Assembly (NCBI GenBank): GCA_937990185.1
Contig: CALKBI010000049.1
Location: 6,849-70,848 of the forward strand
Source of the DNA: an uncultured Neomegalonema sp.
Lineage (GTDB): Bacteria > Pseudomonadota > Alphaproteobacteria > Rhodobacterales > Rhodobacteraceae
Direction: 5' to 3'
Length of the DNA: 64,000 bases
The position numbers and the translations under genes were made by a program. The notes below the pieces were generated by a model, which was given only the letters and a program-made list of their open reading frames with translations, ran no database searches and was not told where the DNA came from. This document shows, piece after piece, positions 49,531 to 58,897 of this stretch (positions are counted from its first letter, which is position 1; every line of letters begins with the position of its first letter).

Positions 49531-50241
49531 ATGCGTCGCGGAAAAAGACAACGCAGCGGCGCAGGGACTGGCACTCAGCCAGATTTCGCCGTTGCTCTCG
49601 AAGCCCGTCTCATGGAAGACGGGCTAGATGCTTCGCGAATAAAAGCCACCCCTGAGCAAGTCATGCTAATTGCTTGCGGCGCGCTGGCACGGGAAATAAT
49701 TGCAGTGAATGAGGCGAATGGCTGGGATAATGCCGTTCTAGAATGTCTCCCTGCCAAGCTGCATAATGCTCCACAACACATTGCCGAGGCAGTCCGGGTC
49801 AAAATCCGTGATGCTAAAGCGCGCGGATTTGAATCAATTTTCGTGCTTTATGCTGATTGCGGCACAGGGGGTGCATTAGATGCGGTTTGTGCACAAGAGA
49901 ATGTCGAACGTATTCCTGGCCCGCATTGCTATGCCTTCTTTGATGGGATCGACACATTCGAAACCCGTCACGAAGAAGAGTTGGGCACGCTTTATCTGAC
50001 CGACTTTTTTGCAAAACAATTTGATGCGTTGATCTGGCGGGGCTTTGGGTTGGACCAAGCGCCCGAAATGCGTGATATTTTGTTCGCTCATTACACCCGT
50101 GTTGTGTATCTGGCACAGACTGAAAACCCTGAATTGGATGCAAAAGCTCAAGAAGCCGCAGAGCGGCTTGGCCTTAGCTATGAGCGCAGGTTTACCGGAT
50201 ATGGTGATTTAGGGACGACACTCGCTGGGTTGGCAAAATAG
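49531..50241 (+). CDS. DUF1638 domain protein (corrinoid-system accessory)
   Basis: LIACGALAREI...YADCGTGGALD pattern. It lies immediately downstream of the corrinoid protein. Confidence 0.7.
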   Translation: MRRGKRQRSGAGTGTQPDFAVALEARLMEDGLDASRIKATPEQVMLIACGALAREIIAVNEANGWDNAVLECLPAKLHNAPQHIAEAVRVKIRDAKARGFESIFVLYADCGTGGALDAVCAQENVERIPGPHCYAFFDGIDTFETRHEEELGTLYLTDFFAKQFDALIWRGFGLDQAPEMRDILFAHYTRVVYLAQTENPELDAKAQEAAERLGLSYERRFTGYGDLGTTLAGLAK

Positions 50242-50254
50242 TTGGAAACCCTGC

Positions 50255-50932
50255 TTATGACCGCGGGGATTTTTCCTCATTCAGTAGCCATAAACAAAAA
50301 TACGATGCCGCCACCGCGCCGATCAGTTGAGCGATAATAAATACGGGCATATGGCCGGGATAAATCCCAGCAAACGTATCAGATAAGCTCCGTGCTATTG
50401 TCACAGCCGGATTTGCAAAAGATGTGGAAGCCGTGAACCAATATGCAGCGGTAATATAAAGTCCTACAGCCATCGGAACCGCAGTCTCTTTTGTTTTAAG
50501 TGTCGCGAGAATCGTAAAGACAAGCCCAAAGGTTGCGACAGCTTCAGCAAACCATTGCGCTCCTCCAGTCCGTGATTTTGTGGATAGTTGAAATAAGCTC
50601 TCGTCAAACATCAGATGTGCAGCCCACACGCCGAGTATCCCGCCAATAATCTGAACTGCTACGTAAACAAGGCTGTCGTAGTTTGTAATTTCTTTGCGGA
50701 GCCAGAAAACAAGCGTCACTGCCGGGTTAAAATGCGCCCCGGATATTGGCCCGAGCATGGTGATCAAAACCACGAGAATTGCACCCGTTGGGATCGTGTT
50801 ACCCAGCAAGGCAATCGCTACATTTCCACTCGCCAGAGCCTCCGCCATAATCCCGGACCCCACAACGGTGGCCAACAAAAAAGCAGTTCCAATAAACTCG
50901 GCAATATATCGTTGCATCGGGCGAAAGGTCAT
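50255..50932 (-). CDS. aquaporin / MIP family channel
   Basis: Two NPA boxes (GAHFNPAVT, FANPAVTIAR). The start could also be 50917 or 50950. Confidence 0.88.
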   Translation of the reverse strand: MTFRPMQRYIAEFIGTAFLLATVVGSGIMAEALASGNVAIALLGNTIPTGAILVVLITMLGPISGAHFNPAVTLVFWLRKEITNYDSLVYVAVQIIGGILGVWAAHLMFDESLFQLSTKSRTGGAQWFAEAVATFGLVFTILATLKTKETAVPMAVGLYITAAYWFTASTSFANPAVTIARSLSDTFAGIYPGHMPVFIIAQLIGAVAASYFCLWLLNEEKSPRS

Positions 50933-51059
50933 AGAGAGTCGTGCTTTCAATATGAAATTAATGAATTTTTACAGTGCCAGTGTGATCAGTTGATGAAGGT
51001 TAAGACTCCTTTGACCATACCGCGCGAAAAGGAGTGATAAAGCTAAAATAGGTAAGTCG

Positions 51060-52274
51060 ATGCGTGTTCTTCATATTCTCGATCATTCAGCGCCTTTGCA
51101 AAGCGGATATGTCTCCCGGACTCTAGGGATTTTGCGCGCACAGCGGGGACTTGGTTTCGATCCGGTGTGTCTCACGACCCCGCGCCATAGTGCGGATGCA
51201 GGCGAACCGGAAACAGAAGTCGAAGAAGTCATGGGCTTTCGCTTTCATCGGACCGGAACACCCCAAAAGAAACGTGTTCCCGGCCCGATGTTTATTACCG
51301 AAATGTTTGAGACGGCACGACGACTCGCAGATGTAATCGAAGCTGAGAAACCGGATGTTTTGCATGCGCACTCGCCTTGTTTGAATGCATTTCCGGCTTA
51401 TCATGTGGCGAAGAAACATGGATTGCCCTCAGTTTATGAAATTCGTGCGTTTTGGGAAGATGCTGCGGTTGATCTTGGCAATACGACGGAAGGCTCTTTG
51501 CGTTACCGCATAACCCGTGCGATGGAGACGCGCGCGTGCCGCGATGTCGACCATGTATTCACAATCTGTGAAGGTTTGCGGAAAGACTTGCTCGCTCGTG
51601 GCATCCCCTCGTCGAAATTATCACTTGCGCCTAACGCTATCGAACCGGAACGGCTGTCGCCCGTCGATCAGCCCGATGCAAAGTTGCGCGCAGAGATTGG
51701 TCTTGGCGATGGCCCTGTCATTGGATTTGTTGGTTCGTTCTATCATTACGAAGGTTTGGAGCTGCTACTCGGCGCCTTTCCAAAAATTCTTGAGGCGATT
51801 CCGAATGCTCAACTTTTGTTTGTTGGCGGGGGAATGCAAGATGCGAATTTGCGGGCTGCTGCCAAACCCTTCGGAGATGCTATAAAATTCACGGGGCGGG
51901 TTCAGCCTGACGTCGTACCGAGCCATTACAGTGTTATTGATCTGTTGGTTTATCCAAGGCTAAAAATGCGGCTGACTGATTTGGTGACGCCGCTCAAACC
52001 ATTAGAAGCAATGGCAATGAAACGACGGTTCATCGCGTCTGATGTTGGCGGACATCAGGAGTTAGTGCGACACGGTGAGACGGGAAGATTATTCACTGCA
52101 GGTGATGTTGGTGCTCTCGCCGGGTCAGCGATTGAAGCCCTTCAAAAAGCGAACACGCCCGAGGATCAGGGAATCCTCGAGCGCGCTCTGGCGTTCGTCA
52201 GGGAAGAGCGAAGCTGGTCAGCTGTCGCCCGGCGGTATGCGCCAATTTACGAACGCCTGGTTTCGCCTGCGTAG
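51060..52274 (+). CDS. glycosyltransferase family 4 (GT-B; resembles exosortase-associated type)
   Basis: MRVLHILDHSAPLQSGY N-terminus. The C-terminal half has a GT1/GT4 E-x7-E-like region (PLEAMAM...). Confidence 0.85.
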   Translation: MRVLHILDHSAPLQSGYVSRTLGILRAQRGLGFDPVCLTTPRHSADAGEPETEVEEVMGFRFHRTGTPQKKRVPGPMFITEMFETARRLADVIEAEKPDVLHAHSPCLNAFPAYHVAKKHGLPSVYEIRAFWEDAAVDLGNTTEGSLRYRITRAMETRACRDVDHVFTICEGLRKDLLARGIPSSKLSLAPNAIEPERLSPVDQPDAKLRAEIGLGDGPVIGFVGSFYHYEGLELLLGAFPKILEAIPNAQLLFVGGGMQDANLRAAAKPFGDAIKFTGRVQPDVVPSHYSVIDLLVYPRLKMRLTDLVTPLKPLEAMAMKRRFIASDVGGHQELVRHGETGRLFTAGDVGALAGSAIEALQKANTPEDQGILERALAFVREERSWSAVARRYAPIYERLVSPA

Positions 52275-52418
52275 CCATGCGGGGGGCTGCTACGGACGAA
52301 ACGTGTAGTTAGTGCAAAACGCCAACGGACCGATTAAGTTATTGAATACAATAATTTAAGTATTGTATTTTTTGATTCTCGATTTGATGACGTTGCACTT
52401 TCGCCTATTCGATCTGTT

Positions 52419-53024
52419 TTAGAAGTCCGCACATGTTCGCGGTTCTGAACTTTCTACGGATGGATACGTTACCCGTTGATCTAATGTGCGAGGTTGGTGG
52501 AAAATTGTCCCACCCATCTCGTATGTCGTCCCAACAGTACGTGCAATTGTTGGCATGTAATTGTAGGTACTCTCGGTAAAGATCAGCGTGTCGCCTTGGT
52601 TGATTTCAAGGTCGTCAGGAAGTTTATTAAACTCGGAATCCACGGCGTTAGGTGATGGCCTGACCGTACCTGAGTCCCATTCTCTACTCCACAGAACATG
52701 AAATGACAGATTTGTTCTGTTGGCCGCGTCTTCATAACATCCGATCACTGATGTGACCGTAAATTTCAAATCATTCTGCGGATACGGTCTCAGGACAAGC
52801 GGGCCTGCAGCGCCGAGTGCCAGAAATTCATTGTCGGTCAACTCTGAAGTTCTTGAAATCAAATCGCCGATGGTACTTGTGGCCTGTTCTACTTTCCCGT
52901 CCGCCCACACGCTCTGCATTATTTCTGTCGAACCAATTGTCAAAGCGAGTAAGAGCGGCGCAAGCAAAGCGAATTCAACTGCTGCGATACCTTCCTCATT
53001 TTTCGAGAAACGACCGAGTGGCAT
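52419..53024 (-). CDS. TadE/TadG-like pilus assembly family protein
   Basis: N-terminal EEGIAAVEFALLAPLLLAL is the TadE-like motif. The start is uncertain (53024 or 53084). Confidence 0.65.
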   Translation of the reverse strand: MPLGRFSKNEEGIAAVEFALLAPLLLALTIGSTEIMQSVWADGKVEQATSTIGDLISRTSELTDNEFLALGAAGPLVLRPYPQNDLKFTVTSVIGCYEDAANRTNLSFHVLWSREWDSGTVRPSPNAVDSEFNKLPDDLEINQGDTLIFTESTYNYMPTIARTVGTTYEMGGTIFHQPRTLDQRVTYPSVESSEPRTCADF

Positions 53025-53095
53025 CTTGTAGCCCGAAAGAAAGGAAGCCCCGTTTTTATTCAACTTTTTGAATTTCTTATACATGATTCAATTCC

Positions 53096-53659
53096 TCAAG
53101 TTGTCGGTGCGACACAGCCGTTGGAAGATCCAAACGGTTCATTGCGGAAGGCAAGATTACTGATGAGAATTAGCTCGCCATCATCTCCGCCGAGCGCGTT
53201 ATCGAGAAGAGGAAGTATCACTCTCCATCGGTGGAACACTTGCAACGCCATAACGGAATCTGCAGTACCATTGTTCACTACGCTCGTTATGTTTTCGAAC
53301 TCTTCATTGGTCGCCGCTGGATTAGAAGAAAAGCTTGCAAGTTCTTGCACCACAACTTTTGTGTTCATGTTGCAATCTCCAACGGAGAATGCGAGCCTGC
53401 TGCACAGTTGATCGATATAATCATCTGCGGTGAGGCATTGGCCTTCACCGGTCTTGATCTGACGCGACGTGTCTTCAACAGCCGCAGTCAATGCAGATCT
53501 GGATAGATGGATGAGTGCAATTTCAAAAGTGCCAACGGTTAACAGCAGAAATGGTAGAAGAACCACTGCAAATTCGACGGCTGTCGAACCCTTGCGATCA
53601 CGTCGGAAGCGGCGTACCAATCCACCCAACGTCTTTGATGCTGTAGGTCGCATGAACAA
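53096..53659 (-). CDS. TadE-like pilus assembly family protein
   Basis: RKGSTAVEFAVVLPFLLL N-terminal TadE-like motif. Confidence 0.7.
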   Translation of the reverse strand: MFMRPTASKTLGGLVRRFRRDRKGSTAVEFAVVLLPFLLLTVGTFEIALIHLSRSALTAAVEDTSRQIKTGEGQCLTADDYIDQLCSRLAFSVGDCNMNTKVVVQELASFSSNPAATNEEFENITSVVNNGTADSVMALQVFHRWRVILPLLDNALGGDDGELILISNLAFRNEPFGSSNGCVAPTT

Positions 53660-53797
53660 TCCCCCGATATGTTCAAAAGTTGATAATGGAAAGATATAGA
53701 TACAATTCGTTACATGCTGATTAATGGTGGGCGAAAATCGAAGTATACACTGGATAAATTACGTCGAATTCAAAAAATACAATGAATAGAAAACGAA

Positions 53798-54487
53798 ATG
53801 GATAATAATAGACGTAACTTGTACGGTAGGCGAAGAGGCCCGAAACTCAGGGATAACAGGGCATCTTTAATGCGCGACCGGCTGTCCGACTATGCCGCTT
53901 TGCCAGACGGCCTTGATCAAAAGCTGGATCTAGAATCTTTGTTTTCTGCGCCATCTGAGCTGTGGCTTGAGATTGGTTTTGGAGCAGGGGAGCATGTTGC
54001 AGCACAAGCATTGGCAAATCCAAGTGTTGGTTTGTTAGCCTGTGAGCATTACTTGAACGGTGTGTCCTCTTGTCTTGCTCATTTAGAAAAAAATGAAATA
54101 AAAAACACAAAATTACATAACGGTGATGCTCGTGATTTGATGGATCAATTGCCTGACGCATCAATCTCGAAGGTTTTTCTGCTTTATCCCGATCCTTGGC
54201 CGAAGGCACGACATCATAAGCGGCGCTTTATCAATCCTGACAATTTGGATGCTTTTGCGCGTATTATGCACGGCGGGGCAGTACTGCGCGTCGCATCTGA
54301 CATTCCAGATTATATTCAATGGACGATGGACCATCTGGAGGAACGGACGGAATTTAGCTTATTAGGAGACCCTGCAAGCGGCTTTCGAGAGCCTTGGACT
54401 GATTGGCCCGGAACACGGTATGAAGCCAAAGCGCTGCGGGAGGGCCGAACACCGGCCTATCTGACTTTTGAGCGAAATCCCCAATGA
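53798..54487 (+). CDS. trmB: tRNA (guanine-N7)-methyltransferase
   Basis: LEIGFGAGEH, LLYPDPWPKARHHKRR motifs. Confidence 0.9.
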   Translation: MDNNRRNLYGRRRGPKLRDNRASLMRDRLSDYAALPDGLDQKLDLESLFSAPSELWLEIGFGAGEHVAAQALANPSVGLLACEHYLNGVSSCLAHLEKNEIKNTKLHNGDARDLMDQLPDASISKVFLLYPDPWPKARHHKRRFINPDNLDAFARIMHGGAVLRVASDIPDYIQWTMDHLEERTEFSLLGDPASGFREPWTDWPGTRYEAKALREGRTPAYLTFERNPQ

Positions 54488-55026
54488 TCCGCCCGGAAGT
54501 AGTGGCATTATTTCGCCGATGGGCAGAACCGGCCATAGCGCTGGGCGGGACGCTTATCGCCCTTTGGATTGTCGGAGCGACAAATCTGCGGTGGGGGTGG
54601 CTCTCTTTGGCTTTAGCCGCAATTATTACCGTCAGCGGTGGATTGTGGGTCAGAGAAGCAATCCGGCGGGTCAGGTTTGCAACAGGCGATGCTTCTGGTG
54701 CGGGCAGAGTCTTTGTTGAAGAACAACGTATTCTCTATGTTGGCGGCCTTGGAAATATCCAAATCGAATTAAGAGATGTGAACCGCGTTGATATCGCGGT
54801 TTCTAAATCCGGCGGCAGCGCGAATGCGAGTGTCTTGCTTTACACCGAAAGTGGATTACCGGCGGCCATTCCGCTCAATGCAGAAGGCCATGACGCCTTT
54901 ATAGATGCGCTTTGCAGCCTGCCGGATTTCCGCTTTGACGCCCTGAGTGCTTCAATTTCGGAACAAAAAGCGGCGGAAAGTTCCGCTCCAATTATCACGT
55001 TTTGGCGTCGAAAAGCGCTAAGGTAG
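54484..55026 (+). CDS. hypothetical membrane protein
   Basis: Two N-terminal hydrophobic helices. ATGA overlap with the trmB stop. Confidence 0.5.
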   Translation: MIRPEVVALFRRWAEPAIALGGTLIALWIVGATNLRWGWLSLALAAIITVSGGLWVREAIRRVRFATGDASGAGRVFVEEQRILYVGGLGNIQIELRDVNRVDIAVSKSGGSANASVLLYTESGLPAAIPLNAEGHDAFIDALCSLPDFRFDALSASISEQKAAESSAPIITFWRRKALR

Positions 55027-55092
55027 TTACCTAAGCTTGCCTTCCCGTCACGCAGCCTTAATGTCGCGGCTCCAAAGGGTCGGAGAAAATCT

Positions 55093-56457
55093 ATGTCCAT
55101 TCCACAAGAGGGCGGTGGTCCCATTGAGTCGCGTGATCAACTCGCTGCCTATCTCGAATCCGGCTGTAAACCACGCCAGGATTGGCGAATTGGTACGGAA
55201 CACGAAAAGTTCGGATATCGCAAAGCTGATTTGAAACCCATCGGCTACGAGGGCGCTTGCGGTATCAAAGGGATGTTGGAAGGGCTGCGCGACACGTTCG
55301 GTTGGAGTGAACTGCTGGAAGGCGACACTCTGATCGGTCTAACCAAAGGGAAGGCTAATGTCTCATTGGAACCGGGGGGACAACTTGAGCTTTCAGGCGC
55401 ACCACTAGAGACGATTCACGAGACATGCGAAGAAGTAAATCAGCACCTTGCCGAAGTGCGAGAGATTGCGGATAAATGCGGCGTCGGTTTTATGGGGCTT
55501 GGCGCGTTGCCCAAATGGGAGCGCGAAGATTTGCCGGTGATGCCGAAAGGCCGTTACGGAATCATGCGCCGGTATATGCCACAAGTCGGGTCGAAGGGCC
55601 TCGACATGATGTTCCGCACCACGACAATTCAGGTGAATCTTGATTTCTCTTCAGAAGCGGACATGGCGAAAAAACTGCGGGTTGGGTTGGCATTGCAGCC
55701 GATTGCTACAGCGCTGTTTGCCAACTCTCCGTTTTTAGGTGGTAAGCCGAATGGATATCTGAGTTATCGCGGTGAAATCTGGCGCGATGTTGATAATGCC
55801 CGGGCTGGCATTCCGGCCTTTGTCTTTGAGGACGGTTTTGGATTCGATGCCTATGTCGATTATGCGCTCGATGTGCCGATGTATTTCGTTTATCGCAACG
55901 GCCAATATATCGATGCTGCAGGGCAATCCTTCCGTGATTTTCTCGATGGGAAGCTGCCAGCACTGCCCGGCGAGACGCCGACGCTTTCAGATTGGGCAGA
56001 CCATCTAACAACGATCTTCCCGGATGCGCGGATCAAGAAATTTATGGAGATGCGCGGGGCTGATGGCGGGCCGTGGCGGAAGATATGCGCGTTGCCTGCC
56101 TTTTGGGTCGGGCTGCTTTATGATGACGGTGCCTTGGATGCGGCATGGGACATCGCAAAAAATTGGACGCAGGAAGACCGTATAGGACTGCGGGACTCTG
56201 TTCCGGCTAAGGCGCTTAAGGCGGACATCCAAGGGCGTAGTGTACTCGATATTGCGAAGGAACTGCTCGCGATCTCAGATCAAGGTTTGCACAATCGCGC
56301 CAAAGCGGGAGCTTTTGACCGCGACGAAGCGCATTTCCTTAATGCTCTGCGGGACGTTGTTGATCGGGGCGAGACGCCTGCAGATGAGATGCTGTGGAAA
56401 TACGAAAATCAATGGGGCGGCGATATTGATCGCGTCTATGCTGAATACAGCTACTGA
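55093..56457 (+). CDS. gshA: glutamate--cysteine ligase (plant/alphaproteobacterial GCS2 type)
   Basis: 454 aa; RIGTEHEKFGY...SLEPGGQLELSG... typical of the GCS2 family. Confidence 0.9.
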   Translation: MSIPQEGGGPIESRDQLAAYLESGCKPRQDWRIGTEHEKFGYRKADLKPIGYEGACGIKGMLEGLRDTFGWSELLEGDTLIGLTKGKANVSLEPGGQLELSGAPLETIHETCEEVNQHLAEVREIADKCGVGFMGLGALPKWEREDLPVMPKGRYGIMRRYMPQVGSKGLDMMFRTTTIQVNLDFSSEADMAKKLRVGLALQPIATALFANSPFLGGKPNGYLSYRGEIWRDVDNARAGIPAFVFEDGFGFDAYVDYALDVPMYFVYRNGQYIDAAGQSFRDFLDGKLPALPGETPTLSDWADHLTTIFPDARIKKFMEMRGADGGPWRKICALPAFWVGLLYDDGALDAAWDIAKNWTQEDRIGLRDSVPAKALKADIQGRSVLDIAKELLAISDQGLHNRAKAGAFDRDEAHFLNALRDVVDRGETPADEMLWKYENQWGGDIDRVYAEYSY

Positions 56458-56461
56458 CGCT

Positions 56462-56962
56462 TTATCCGGCGCGCACCAATCCTAGTGTGCGTGCCATCCA
56501 ACCAAACAAAACCGCCAAGACAGGTAACACGAATAGCCCAACAAAAAACGCGGCGAATCCTGAAAAGAGCGCCGCTATGGGCAGGGAAAACTCGTCTTGT
56601 TCGGTATCGCTTGCTGCTTGTGCCTCTTGAAAAGACTGCGCGAGTTGCCCTGACAGATCAGCGCCCAACCCTTCGGCAATGAGGATCAATGCCGGGAAAA
56701 TGGCCAATGAAGCAGCGTTCGCGGCTAGCCCTGCCATCACATAAGGACGCAACTCTGTCTCACCGCGTTTTGCCGCGCGCCAGGCAAGCCAAGCGAAGAC
56801 GGTCAGCCACGCGGGCAAAGATACAAACAAGGACAGATTGCCGACATACCCGAACCGAGCCGCATACGGGCCTGCCATTGTAAAAAGCGCTGGGACAATC
56901 GCGAAAATAATCGGCGCAGCCAATAGACAGGTCACGAAAGTCATTACGGAAGGTTTTTTCAT
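56462..56962 (-). CDS. hypothetical membrane protein coupled to the ABC ATPase
   Basis: 166 aa with 4-5 hydrophobic segments. ATGA overlap with the upstream ATPase gene. It does not look like an ABC-2 permease. Confidence 0.5.
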   Translation of the reverse strand: MKKPSVMTFVTCLLAAPIIFAIVPALFTMAGPYAARFGYVGNLSLFVSLPAWLTVFAWLAWRAAKRGETELRPYVMAGLAANAASLAIFPALILIAEGLGADLSGQLAQSFQEAQAASDTEQDEFSLPIAALFSGFAAFFVGLFVLPVLAVLFGWMARTLGLVRAG

Positions 56963-57918
56963 GCCGCAGATCCACTGGTCATAGCGACGAAGACATCTTC
57001 AAGGTCAGCCTCTTCTGTGGAAAGATCCCGCACAACGACTCCGGCTGATTGCACCTCAGTCAGAATGGCCCCTAATTGCATTTGAGACTTTGGGTAAGTC
57101 ACGATCAGCGCGCCGTCCTCGCGTAGACGGACATCCAATGTTTCATGCGAATCGAGCGTTGCGGGCACTGAATCCAAAGGTGTCTCAGGCCATATGACCG
57201 CGCTCTTGCTATCCATACGTTTCATCAAGACGGATTTATCTTCACAGGCGACGACTTCGCCATGATTTATGATGGCAATCTGGTCGCACATTTCTTCGGC
57301 TTCTTCGAGGTAATGGGTGGTGAGCACCACGGTAACGCCGCCCTCGTTTAGCTCGCGAACGTAATCCCACATCTGTTTGCGCAATTCGATATCGACGCCT
57401 GCGGTTGGCTCATCGAGAATTAGAACCGGCGGCGAATGGCAAAGCGCTTTACCAATCAATAGCCTGCGCCGCATCCCTCCCGATAGCGACCGTGCATAAG
57501 CATCGGCCTTATCTTTCAAACCAAGCGCTGCCAGCAGTTCAATCGTGCGTCGCTCTCGTTTCGGAACCCCGTATAATCCGGCCTGTATTTCAAGGGCTTC
57601 ACGGGGTGTGAAGAATGGATCAAGAATCAGTTCCTGCGGAACAACCCCGATACTTGCGCGGGACATGCGCGGGTTTACGTCCTGATCAAAGCCCCAAATG
57701 CTGACCGATCCGGCAGATTTGACGACCAAACCCGCTAGAATATTGATGAATGTTGATTTTCCCGCGCCATTTGGCCCAAGCAGACCAAAGACAGACCCCA
57801 CGGGTACTTGCAGCGATACCCCTTTAAGCGCCTGTTTTTCAGGAGCATTTCCCTGCGCAGCATAGGTTTTGCGCAAATCGCGGGCGTCGATGGCGAAGCT
57901 GGGGGCCTCAGAAGTCAT
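56959..57918 (-). CDS. ABC transporter ATP-binding protein (ABC-2 exporter type)
   Basis: GPNGAGKST, LSGGMRRR, LILDEPTAGVD. Confidence 0.9.
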   Translation of the reverse strand: MTSEAPSFAIDARDLRKTYAAQGNAPEKQALKGVSLQVPVGSVFGLLGPNGAGKSTFINILAGLVVKSAGSVSIWGFDQDVNPRMSRASIGVVPQELILDPFFTPREALEIQAGLYGVPKRERRTIELLAALGLKDKADAYARSLSGGMRRRLLIGKALCHSPPVLILDEPTAGVDIELRKQMWDYVRELNEGGVTVVLTTHYLEEAEEMCDQIAIINHGEVVACEDKSVLMKRMDSKSAVIWPETPLDSVPATLDSHETLDVRLREDGALIVTYPKSQMQLGAILTEVQSAGVVVRDLSTEEADLEDVFVAMTSGSAA

Positions 57919-58002
57919 ACTGGCTCCGGGAAAAGGAAAAAGCGGTTCGCGAGACGGCTATCATCGTGTACCCAAGAGCGCAAACGACTCATGAGGATTA
58001 AC

Positions 58003-58194
58003 ATGGCTGGAACATTGACCCGCATTACACCGGAACAGCGTGACCTCGCCTTGGTTGAGGTGGCAACCAAGTCTGTTGCGTGTGATGGCGGCGGCGGACC
58101 ATTAGGGCATCCACTGACCTATTACGAGATTGGTGCAGAAGGGTCTGCGTCCTGCGGATATTGCGGCAAAAAATTCGTTCTCAAAGCGCAATAG
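58003..58194 (+). CDS. zinc-finger (zf-CHCC, NDUFS6-like) domain protein
   Basis: VACDGGGGPLGHP...CGYCGKKF. ATG 58003 follows an AGGA SD. Confidence 0.7.
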   Translation: MAGTLTRITPEQRDLALVEVATKSVACDGGGGPLGHPLTYYEIGAEGSASCGYCGKKFVLKAQ

Positions 58195-58198
58195 ATCG

Positions 58199-58897
58199 TC
58201 AGCTAACGCCGACATATTTGTGGATCAAATCGAGGTTGTTTTTCAGATCGGCGGCAAGGGCTTCATCTCTGCGCTCGCCATTTTCAATGAAAACCACGCG
58301 ATCCGCAATGGAGAGTACCGCATCAATGCGTTGTTCAACTAGAACAGTCGCAACGGCTTGCTCTTTGAGGCTAACAACAACATCGCGGATCAACGAAATC
58401 ATCGAAGGCTGTAGACCTTCGGTTGGCTCATCAAGCAAAAGCACATTCGGCTCAATCGCGAGGGCGCGCGCCATCGCAAGCATTTGTTGCTCACCGCCTG
58501 ATAATGTCTCCGCGCGCTGGCGATAGCGATCCCGCAAGCGGGGAAAGAGCGTCAGCACTTTTTCGCGTGTCTCCTCACCTTTGTTCCGTGTTAACAACCC
58601 GACGTCGATGTTCTCGGCAACGGTCATTTCTGCAAAGAGTCGACGTCCTTGGGGGACATATCCAATCCCGCGCTTGGGTACTTCATGTCCCGCCAAACTG
58701 TTCAGGCTTTCTCCATTGAGCGTGATGCTGCCGGATCGGGCCGAGACAATGCCCATGATCGCCTTGAGTGTTGTGGTCTTCCCTGCACCATTGCGTCCGA
58801 GCAAGCAGAGAATCTCGCCTTGCCGCGCCGTCAGGCTCATATCGCGCAAGACTTGCACGTCGCCATAAAAACAATTGATGCCTTTGACCTCTAACAT
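58199..58897 (-). CDS. livF: branched-chain amino acid-type ABC transporter ATP-binding protein (LivF-like)
   Basis: GRNGAGKTT, LSGGEQQML, LLLDEPTEGL. Confidence 0.88.
   Translation of the reverse strand: MLEVKGINCFYGDVQVLRDMSLTARQGEILCLLGRNGAGKTTTLKAIMGIVSARSGSITLNGESLNSLAGHEVPKRGIGYVPQGRRLFAEMTVAENIDVGLLTRNKGEETREKVLTLFPRLRDRYRQRAETLSGGEQQMLAMARALAIEPNVLLLDEPTEGLQPSMISLIRDVVVSLKEQAVATVLVEQRIDAVLSIADRVVFIENGERRDEALAADLKNNLDLIHKYVGVS

Noticed and set aside
48907-49551. 214-aa minus-strand ORF
   Set aside because: It is antisense to the corrinoid-protein gene, which has an unambiguous DxHxxG B12-binding motif.
52345-52374. AT-only hairpin aatacaata-N7-tattgtatt followed by a T-run after the glycosyltransferase gene
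   Set aside because: It has terminator-like geometry, but the stem is all A-T and very weak. It was too uncertain to list as a feature.
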